Below, piece after piece: positions 37,594 through 44,749 of a stretch of DNA of 44,749 nucleotides. Within the stretch, counting starts at the first letter, position 1; the number at the start of each line of letters is the position of its first letter. A model generated the notes under the pieces. That model did not search any database, was not told the origin of the DNA, and saw nothing but the letters and a program-made list of their open reading frames with translations. Origin of the DNA: Nostoc sp. DedSLP01 (GTDB lineage: Bacteria; Cyanobacteriota; Cyanobacteriia; Cyanobacteriales; Nostocaceae); assembly GCA_034530875.2 (NCBI GenBank), contig JAVRCJ020000051.1, positions 1 through 44,749 of the forward strand, in the 5' to 3' direction. Position numbers and translations under genes: made by a program.

Positions 37594-38784
37594 TCAAAGT
37601 TCCCCTTTAAATGCTTTGTCCAGAATGGAAGGTAAAAGTGCATCAAGTTCTTTTATAGCCTGTTCTCTGAAGCGTTTCATTTTATCTACTTTGGTTTGTA
37701 GTTCATCAAGGTAGGTGACTATGCAGTGTTGTTCGGGGAGAGGTGGAACTGGAATTGAGAAAGAGGCAATATGTCCCTGATTAATTTTCCATATACCAGA
37801 GGTTGTTTTAGCAACTTCAGTTATTTTTTCTCGCATTAGTGGATTATTCCACCAAGCTACAAAAAATGAGGGCAAGATTTTATGGCTATCTAAAGGAACT
37901 TGAATAAATAAATCAGGAAATATAGTTCTTTCTGCAAACTTCTTAACAATCCCTGCTTGACCAACTAAATCTTTGCTACCATTTCCACGAACGATAAAAA
38001 CATCTTCAGGTTTGACTAAATACTGTTGTGCTTCTTGGTGACTCATTGGAACTGGCTTAGAGTCAGTGCAATCTATCTGACCATCTCTGATTGCAGATAG
38101 CCTTATGCACTTAATTCCTGATGCTTGCTCAGTTGCTCTGATGGATTTTCCATTCTTAAGATTTGCACGTCCTATTAGCTTTTCTATAGAAATGCTACTT
38201 TCTATATAATTATTAAAAATTTGTCTAGCAAGATTTTTATAAATAAGATTACTTTCCTCAACTGCTTTTTGACGAAGCGATCGCACTTCCTCAATCTTCC
38301 CCACCAGTTCCTCAATCCGTGCCACAATCCGCCGTTGTTCCTCTAGCGGTGGTAGAGGGATTTCAACAGCCAGAAATAAATCTGGTTTAATCCTATTTTT
38401 ACCACTAGTACCTTGCGAAAGTTGAGCGCATTTATCCCAAAACTCTCTCGTTTTTGTATACCAATGTAACCACTTGGGCAAAACTTCATTTAAATCAAGT
38501 TCAAATGTTGGAAACTCTCCAGACGCAGCACATCCATCAACATCTTTTCCTGCAATTGCAATAGAGCCATGTCTAACCCATATTTTATTGATGATTAGGT
38601 CGCCTTCTCTAACAATGGATAAAGTTTTAGCTGCTGTCTGAGAACCATCAATAGTTTCTCGTTCATATGCACCTTCTCCCCACCACTTAACACCCATAGT
38701 GCGATATGAAGTGCCAGGCAATACATCTATAGTTCGTAAAACTTGTTTTGCAATCTTCCTCAAAGGAATTGTGGTAATTATCAT
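37594..38784 (-). CDS. hsdS: type I R-M specificity subunit
   Basis: Two TRDs each followed by conserved IPLPPLEEQRRIV / IPVPPLPEQHCIV; ends SILDKAFKGEL. Confidence 0.92.
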   Translation of the reverse strand: MIITTIPLRKIAKQVLRTIDVLPGTSYRTMGVKWWGEGAYERETIDGSQTAAKTLSIVREGDLIINKIWVRHGSIAIAGKDVDGCAASGEFPTFELDLNEVLPKWLHWYTKTREFWDKCAQLSQGTSGKNRIKPDLFLAVEIPLPPLEEQRRIVARIEELVGKIEEVRSLRQKAVEESNLIYKNLARQIFNNYIESSISIEKLIGRANLKNGKSIRATEQASGIKCIRLSAIRDGQIDCTDSKPVPMSHQEAQQYLVKPEDVFIVRGNGSKDLVGQAGIVKKFAERTIFPDLFIQVPLDSHKILPSFFVAWWNNPLMREKITEVAKTTSGIWKINQGHIASFSIPVPPLPEQHCIVTYLDELQTKVDKMKRFREQAIKELDALLPSILDKAFKGEL

Positions 38785-38792
38785 GTCTCTGT

Positions 38793-40580
38793 CTATGTCA
38801 ATAGCTGCTGAATCTCTTTCATAATCTCAGCAACCCGTCTATCCTTCTCCAAAATATCAGCTACCAACTGCTCAGGCGGTAAATGTTCAAAATCCTGCTG
38901 ATTATTTGGATTTTTGCGGTCAAGATTATAAATTGCCCAGTAAATAGCATCTCCTTTAGCATTTTCATCTTTAGCAATCTCGCGCTGACTTCGCTCCTCA
39001 GTTTGAGCCTGTTTAACCTCATCTTTAACAACCTGAATCTGATTTTTAATCTGTGCAACTTCTTTCGGTGGTGAAAAGTCCAAAATTGAATTCTGTAAAC
39101 CTTGGATTTGATCAGCTAATTCTTTAACTGTCTTTGTAAGCTGATTAGCTATTTCTTCTGCTTTCTTACCAGCATCCCAATGAGGCGTTGCATCTTTTAT
39201 CGCCTGATTATAAGCTTCCCTAAAGTTATATTTATAAGCCTGTCCATTCTCTTCTCGGTTCTTCCACCATCCCACACATACAGCAAAATCTTCATCCTGT
39301 ATCGGCTTAGTTTTGGTATAAGTTTTCCGTCCTTCTGGTAAAGGTAACTCATAGTACCAAATCTCGTTCGTTTGTCCAGAACGGTCAAAAAATAACAAAT
39401 TTGTGGGAATGCCAGTATAAGGCGCAAACACCCCATTAGGTAAACGGACAATGGTATGCAAATTAAAATTATTGAGCAAATCTTCCTTAATTTTGGCGCA
39501 AACATTATCCCCAAATAGCACTCCATTGGGAAATACTACTGCTGCGCGTCCTGGTTTTGGTCTTTGCTTGAGACGACGCATAATCAACTGAAGGAATAAC
39601 AACGCCGTTTCCTTGGTTTGTCTATCTGGGGGAAAGTTATTTTTAATTCTGTCTTCCTCCTCACCCCCAAACGGCGGGTTAGTGAGAATGATGTCTACCC
39701 AGTCTTTTTCACCCATTTCGGCAATAGTAAACCGCAGACTATTACCATCATCAATATCGGGATATTCAAACCCGTGTAACAGCAAACTCATGTGCGCTAA
39801 CATCAAAGGCAAGGATTTCGCCTCAGCACCAATGATGCTTTTTTGAAGTATCTGCCAATCTTGTGCGCTACACTGTTTTTTCAGGTATTCATACGCCTCA
39901 ACCAAAAAACCACCTGTTCCGCAAGCAGGATCAAAAATGGTTTCTCCCAGTTGTGGTTCCATCACCTGCACAATAAACCGCACTACCGGACGGGGGGTGT
40001 AAAACTCTCCCGAATCTCCCGCAGCGTCTCGCATTTCCTTCAGCATGGACTCATAAAGATTGCTGAGGAGATTCACCTCTTCTGATTTATCAAAGTGAAT
40101 ATCATTTACCTTACTCAGCACATCCCACAGCAAAGTCCCGCTAATCATGCGGTTAGTGACATCTTTGAACACCTTGGCGATGACATCAGCGCGATCGCGT
40201 CCGGTTTTGCTTTTGAGATTCCGCAAATAGGCGAGTAGCCCTGCACCTTTGGTGCCATCTGGTAAAATTGCCTCATCATTGTTGATGAAACTTTTCAGGC
40301 GATCGCCCGTAAAATTTTCATTAGCAGCCCAATCTCGCCAGCGATAAGGCCGTTGAATTGTTGGTTTATAGGAAATTCCTTCCAACTCTGCCTCCACCTC
40401 ATGCAGTTTCTCGGAATCATCCAAAAGTTTCAAGAACATGATCCAAGTCAATTGCGGGAGTCGGTCTAATTCTCCATTCAATCCTTTATCTGTCCGCATG
40501 ATGTCACGCGCTGACTTAATCACGCCTCCCAGTTTTTGGGCTGTAGTTACCGCTTGGTTAGATGTGCTTTTTCGCTTCAT
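38793..40580 (-). CDS. hsdM: type I R-M N6-adenine methyltransferase
   Basis: GEFYTPR, FDPACGTGGF (motif I), TNPPF (motif IV). Confidence 0.94.
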   Translation of the reverse strand: MKRKSTSNQAVTTAQKLGGVIKSARDIMRTDKGLNGELDRLPQLTWIMFLKLLDDSEKLHEVEAELEGISYKPTIQRPYRWRDWAANENFTGDRLKSFINNDEAILPDGTKGAGLLAYLRNLKSKTGRDRADVIAKVFKDVTNRMISGTLLWDVLSKVNDIHFDKSEEVNLLSNLYESMLKEMRDAAGDSGEFYTPRPVVRFIVQVMEPQLGETIFDPACGTGGFLVEAYEYLKKQCSAQDWQILQKSIIGAEAKSLPLMLAHMSLLLHGFEYPDIDDGNSLRFTIAEMGEKDWVDIILTNPPFGGEEEDRIKNNFPPDRQTKETALLFLQLIMRRLKQRPKPGRAAVVFPNGVLFGDNVCAKIKEDLLNNFNLHTIVRLPNGVFAPYTGIPTNLLFFDRSGQTNEIWYYELPLPEGRKTYTKTKPIQDEDFAVCVGWWKNREENGQAYKYNFREAYNQAIKDATPHWDAGKKAEEIANQLTKTVKELADQIQGLQNSILDFSPPKEVAQIKNQIQVVKDEVKQAQTEERSQREIAKDENAKGDAIYWAIYNLDRKNPNNQQDFEHLPPEQLVADILEKDRRVAEIMKEIQQLLT

Positions 40581-40601
40581 TGCCTTATTATTTATTAATC
40601 A

Positions 40602-41789
40602 TTATTCGTCATCTGTCATAAAGAAGATAATTCTATCAATTATGAGAATTAAACGTAAAGAATTTGTAGCCACACCAAAATCAGTTTGTACCCCGTGGCA
40701 TATACCGTGACGATAAAGACCTGTTTTAATTGCTGATTCTGAATTATAATTTTGATATAAACCCCCTACAATTTGCGGTAATTTTTTAAGTAATCTAGTT
40801 AGATTTTCATTCTTCTCCAACAGCAAATTTTCATCTATATCATTATGCTTTTTATTTTGAGTTTTCCATTTATTTATCAAAGACGTTGTTGCAGATTGCA
40901 TCGTACTAGAATCTAAAGAATTATATTCAGTTGTTTTAATATTATTTGTATCTCGTAGTAGGCCTTCTATTTGAGGTATTAATGCAGATACACTTAATAA
41001 AAATTTACCATCTAAATGGGCTTTAACTGCTTCTTCCAATATTGGAATTCTTCTTATAACAGAACTATTATTCTTAGACTGCCAAAAATTTAAAGTATCT
41101 TCGATACGAGAATTAACCATTAACTTTTTAATAAAAATATCATCTATTGTTAAGTTTTCTTCGGTAGCTTCTTGAAGAATTCCTAAAAATGTATAACCGT
41201 CAAAAGTAGAAGTTGGCAAAATCCATATAATTGAGGAATCAGACAAAAAAATATCTTCTATTCCTGTTACCATCTCTATTTGAATCAATTCGTTTATATT
41301 GTCAAATTCTATACTAATATCACCAATAGCTTGTGTAATTCTTGTTAAAGATTTATCCCGTTTGCTATAGTCTCTTATTTCTAAAAAGGATATTTTGATA
41401 TTTAATAAATCTAACAATTCATAGGTATTTATTTTATCGGAGCATTTCATCCTAAAAAATTCTAAATACCAGCCTATATGCCAGAATAATACACTTTTTA
41501 TTTTACTAATATCATTCTGAACTTGTTCTAAGCTCCTTCTAATTTCATTTAATAAGACAATTGTTAAATTTAATATTTCCACATTTACTGGATCGTTAGG
41601 ATTTATTTGAATGATTTCATCGGAGATTTCTGCTGATATGGTGTTTATTTTGTCCAATAAATTTCTGATCCGTTTCTTGCTTTTAACTTTATACAGATTC
41701 TTTTGATAAAGTAATTTTAATTTTCTTAGTGTATCTACTTGGTATTTTTTTAATACAGCAGTTTTAATTTCATCATCTGAATAAATCAT
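40602..41789 (-). CDS. AT-rich hypothetical protein with C-terminal HEPN-like RxxxxH motif
   Basis: SVSALIPQIEGLLR helix and YRHGICHG near the C-terminus; tightly spaced between hsdR and hsdM. Confidence 0.6.
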   Translation of the reverse strand: MIYSDDEIKTAVLKKYQVDTLRKLKLLYQKNLYKVKSKKRIRNLLDKINTISAEISDEIIQINPNDPVNVEILNLTIVLLNEIRRSLEQVQNDISKIKSVLFWHIGWYLEFFRMKCSDKINTYELLDLLNIKISFLEIRDYSKRDKSLTRITQAIGDISIEFDNINELIQIEMVTGIEDIFLSDSSIIWILPTSTFDGYTFLGILQEATEENLTIDDIFIKKLMVNSRIEDTLNFWQSKNNSSVIRRIPILEEAVKAHLDGKFLLSVSALIPQIEGLLRDTNNIKTTEYNSLDSSTMQSATTSLINKWKTQNKKHNDIDENLLLEKNENLTRLLKKLPQIVGGLYQNYNSESAIKTGLYRHGICHGVQTDFGVATNSLRLILIIDRIIFFMTDDE

Positions 41790-41822
41790 TGGACAACTCT
41801 AATTAATAATATTCTGCCAACT

Positions 41823-44216
41823 TTATGCAGTATAAAGTATATTCTGTAATTGATTTACTGCTTCTCTAAGTTGCTGAACTCCACCAAACCGTTGAGCAAT
41901 TTCCGCCACATTGCCATATTTCTTAAATTCGCGGTTAGCCTTAAACGTCGTCGGAATATTAAACTCCTCAACTCCTTTTTCTGCATACTTGTCCAAAAGT
42001 ATCTCTAAAATTGCCCTAGTATCTTCCCCATATTGCTTAAAAAAGTCAGCTTGGCGACGACGCAACCTTTCAGCCCGTTGCTTGTAAGTCAGCACTGGAG
42101 CATCAAAGGCAATATGACATAGTAAATCAAAAGGGTCAGCTTCGGGAAGATTAGTAACTTGTTTTAACTCATCAAAATCGATTCCCCGGTCTGCCAATAA
42201 CTCAATAATCTCGGAACGCTGTTCTGGATCTGCCCAGCGTTGCTGGATTTCTAGAGTGGAACGATACAGGATGCGAACTTGTTCTCTGGTGTAGTCAATT
42301 AATCGAGACAAGCGCAGTTGATTGTCTGGGTTTAAATCATAAATTCTTTCCTCGACAATTTCTTCGCTTCCCCCATCGGCGTAATATTTCCGAGGTGGTG
42401 CGTCATCGTCATCTGGGAGTCCCCAAAATCCAGACTTGTCGTCATCATCTTCCAAATCTTCTGCTTCGTCTTCTAACTCTGCTGATTCCAGTTCTTCCTC
42501 ATGTTCCGAGAGTATTTCCCCCCGATCGTCCATCTCTGATTCATTAATGAGGGCGGGTTCTCCGTCAAAATCTCTATCCTCAAACAATACTGTGCTGTTG
42601 GTGTAATCGAGTATATTAAAAGACAACTTACCCCGTTCTTCTCGCACACGAGTTCCCCGTCCAATAATCTGCTTAAAGTCTGTAGGTGAACGAATTACAC
42701 GGGCAAGCACAACATTTTTACAGGTTGGAACATCCACTCCTGTTGTTAGTAACCTAGCAGTTACAGCAATAATATGAGTTTCATTTAAGACATCTTTAAA
42801 TTTGTAGAGATGTCCCTTACCCACGTCACCAGCTTCAGAGGTAATGCGAGTGATGTAGTCAGGATTTGTTCTAGTGATGTCGCTGTTGAGGTTGCGTAAT
42901 TCCTTGATCATTGCCTTAACGTGCGGCTCATCCACACAAAAGACAATGGTTTTAGCATAGCGATCGCTACTTTTGAGAAAATCAGTAATATGTTGTGCGA
43001 TCGCTTTCGTCCTGACTTCTCTCACCAATTTCCGCTCAAAGTCTGGTGTCAGATAAACTTCATTAGGAATTGTTCTTCCATAGCGGTCAATCTGTCCAGC
43101 ACTAGGTCGCCATCCTTCCCGATCGGAACGGGTAGTAACCCGATAAACTCGATAGGGTGCTAAGAAACCATCATCAATCCCTTGTTTGAGAGAATATATG
43201 TAAAGGGGATTACGAAAGTAGCGATAGGTATCAACGTTATCATCCCGTAGCGGTGTCGCCGTCAGTCCTAACTGATAGGCAGGTTCAAAATGTTCCAGAA
43301 TTTGTCGCCAGTTACTTTCATCCCTGGCACTACCTCGATGACACTCATCAACAATAATCAAATCAAAATAATCAGGACTATATTCTCTGTAAAGTCCTAA
43401 GCTATCTTCTCTATCACCAATAGCTTGATAAATCGCAAAGTAAACGTCACGTCCTTTTTTCGCTTCGCCCTGAATTTTGTAAATTTTCTCCTGATTAAAG
43501 GCAGAAAAATCCTTATTCATCGGGTCATCTACCAGCACGTTCCGATCTGCCAAAAACAGAATTCTAGGAGAACGAGATTCTCCAGAAGCATTCCATTCCA
43601 AACTTGACAGTTTCCAAGCGATTTGGAAAGCAACAGTAGTTTTACCTGTTCCCGTTGCCAATGTCAGCAGTAGACGCTTTTGGCCTTTGAAAATTGCTGC
43701 CAGTGCTGCATTAATCGCATTCCTTTGATAGTAACGCAGTGGTTTTCCTGGTGTTGGATAAAAGGGAGTTAGCAATTTTTCGGCTATGTCGCCTCTAATT
43801 TGCTCCCTAGCTTCCCCTCTTAACCGTTGCCAAAGTTGATCGGGGCTAGGAAACGCGTTCATCACCTCAGACTGCTTACCAGTGATGAAGTCATACTCTA
43901 CAATTCCTTGCCCATTAGTAGAGTAAGCAAACTTTACGTCAAGAATTTTGGCATAAGCGATCGCCTGTTCCAGTCCCTCATCAGGAGTTTTGTGTTTCTT
44001 TTTTGCCTCTACTACTGCTAAGGGAAATTCTCCGTTATATAGTAGCAAATAATCTGCAAATTTACGCTCTCCGCGAGGCTTTTGCTTATTTTTTGGGCGA
44101 ATTTTGCCATCAGTGAAGTAATACTGCTCAGTATAATCATGTGGTTCTTGCTCCCACCCAGCATCTCTTAGTTTTGGCTCAACATACTTACGACAGGTAT
44201 TAGCTTCATTGCTCAT
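41823..44216 (-). CDS. hsdR: type I R-M restriction subunit (EcoAI/EcoEI-like)
   Basis: ADYLL...VVEAKK nuclease motif, LATGTGKT, DECHR, TATP, QIIGRGTR, C-terminal DPFDLLCHIAFD; 797 aa. Confidence 0.94.
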   Translation of the reverse strand: MSNEANTCRKYVEPKLRDAGWEQEPHDYTEQYYFTDGKIRPKNKQKPRGERKFADYLLLYNGEFPLAVVEAKKKHKTPDEGLEQAIAYAKILDVKFAYSTNGQGIVEYDFITGKQSEVMNAFPSPDQLWQRLRGEAREQIRGDIAEKLLTPFYPTPGKPLRYYQRNAINAALAAIFKGQKRLLLTLATGTGKTTVAFQIAWKLSSLEWNASGESRSPRILFLADRNVLVDDPMNKDFSAFNQEKIYKIQGEAKKGRDVYFAIYQAIGDREDSLGLYREYSPDYFDLIIVDECHRGSARDESNWRQILEHFEPAYQLGLTATPLRDDNVDTYRYFRNPLYIYSLKQGIDDGFLAPYRVYRVTTRSDREGWRPSAGQIDRYGRTIPNEVYLTPDFERKLVREVRTKAIAQHITDFLKSSDRYAKTIVFCVDEPHVKAMIKELRNLNSDITRTNPDYITRITSEAGDVGKGHLYKFKDVLNETHIIAVTARLLTTGVDVPTCKNVVLARVIRSPTDFKQIIGRGTRVREERGKLSFNILDYTNSTVLFEDRDFDGEPALINESEMDDRGEILSEHEEELESAELEDEAEDLEDDDDKSGFWGLPDDDDAPPRKYYADGGSEEIVEERIYDLNPDNQLRLSRLIDYTREQVRILYRSTLEIQQRWADPEQRSEIIELLADRGIDFDELKQVTNLPEADPFDLLCHIAFDAPVLTYKQRAERLRRRQADFFKQYGEDTRAILEILLDKYAEKGVEEFNIPTTFKANREFKKYGNVAEIAQRFGGVQQLREAVNQLQNILYTA

Positions 44217-44381
44217 TGCTTGCTACTTTACTAGTTACTTTTATAACTTAACTGCTAGTTACCTCTACCCACAAGTAAATAAAATTGCCTTTGTTATTTA
44301 AGAAGATATACCTCAGAAATAAGCACCGCTGGCACAACAACCCGTTTTTTGGAAAGCGATCGCACTGTTTTTCTACACATA

Positions 44382-44421
44382 TCGTGACTCATAGTATTTT
44401 TTAAATAGTCACGAATCGTGA
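44382..44421. promoter_or_regulatory. inverted repeats in the hsdR / HTH divergent promoter
   Basis: TCGTGACT-N17-AGTCACGA overlapping TCACGA-A-TCGTGA. Confidence 0.5.
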
Positions 44422-44427
44422 GTTTAA

Positions 44428-44685
44428 GTGTCTTTCAAACTAAAAAGGCTAATAGACAACAATCCCCAGACCAATGAATATAGAATCGATGCGCTCAGTG
44501 ATTTGCCTTTGGAGCCTTTGGAGTATTGCCAACGATGGGTTGAGATGTCCCCTGATGAGCGGGGATACAGAAAAGCTTGTATTGCATCTCTAGCTGAAGC
44601 AACAGGGCTAAGTGAAAGGACTATAGGGAATTGGGGACAAAATTTTGAGAGGCGACCTAACTATGTAGTGCATCTGACGGGGTGA
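44428..44685 (+). pseudogene. small HTH-like protein, probably 3'-truncated by an IS
   Basis: LAEATGLSERTIGNW helix-turn-helix pattern; final LTG-stop is encoded by the putative IS terminus. Confidence 0.55.
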
Positions 44686-44749
44686 CAAAGCGGCTGAAGC
44701 CAAGAAAATAGAGGACTGTGACAGTTTTGGGGTAAAAAAAGATAGGTCA
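44674..44749 (+). mobile_element. probable left end of an IS4-like insertion sequence
   Basis: CTGACGGGGTGACAAAG... resembles the terminal repeat of a cyanobacterial IS recalled from memory; transposase and other end are outside the window. Confidence 0.5.

Larger units (their letters stand above)
27519..44749 (+). mobile_element. Tn7-like transposon of the type V-K CAST lineage (continues beyond the window)
   Basis: TGT terminus, repeated TnsB sites, tnsB-tnsC-tniQ without tnsA, defence cargo; cas12k, CRISPR array and other end not in window. Confidence 0.88.

Noticed and set aside
12424..44021. Numerous short antisense or alternate-frame ORFs overlapping long genes
   Set aside because: Shadow ORFs of well-supported CDSs with no independent evidence
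27519..44749. cas12k, tracrRNA or CRISPR array of the CAST
   Set aside because: No Cas12k-like ORF or regularly spaced ~37-bp repeats in the window; RNA guidance cannot be confirmed here

Overview
Chromosomal window from a filamentous, probably Nostocales-type cyanobacterium (frequent HIP1 GCGATCGC octamers, short tandem and dispersed repeats). From left to right: (i) 1-1.1 kb, the probable edge of an integrated element that cuts off a small gene; (ii) 1.6-6.9 kb, ordinary genes (class I aldolase fbaB, PadR regulator, carotenoid-oxygenase-family enzyme); (iii) 7-12 kb, a 1643-aa DUF4011/SF1-helicase/Vsr-like nuclease (Hhe-like defence protein) with two internal tandem duplications; (iv) 12.5-27.5 kb, a 13-gene organosulfur-scavenging cluster (three LLM monooxygenases, TauD, SfnB/DszC-like enzyme, AsfAB-like flavoprotein and ferredoxin, SsuA-like binding protein) whose promoter regions share a 26-bp dyad motif; (v) 27519 to the end, a Tn7-like transposon with type V-K CAST-type tnsB-tnsC-tniQ. 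Its end sits inside and truncates an LLM monooxygenase CDS. Its cargo is defence-rich: an IetAS-like ATPase and S8 protease, a DUF3800 protein followed by a structured RNA candidate, a Fic protein, and a type I R-M operon with an embedded RxxxxH (HEPN-like) gene. A divergent small HTH gene appears to be interrupted by an IS at the window edge. No cas12k, tracrRNA, CRISPR array, tRNA or rRNA is visible. Family assignments come from motif recognition only; no database search was run.
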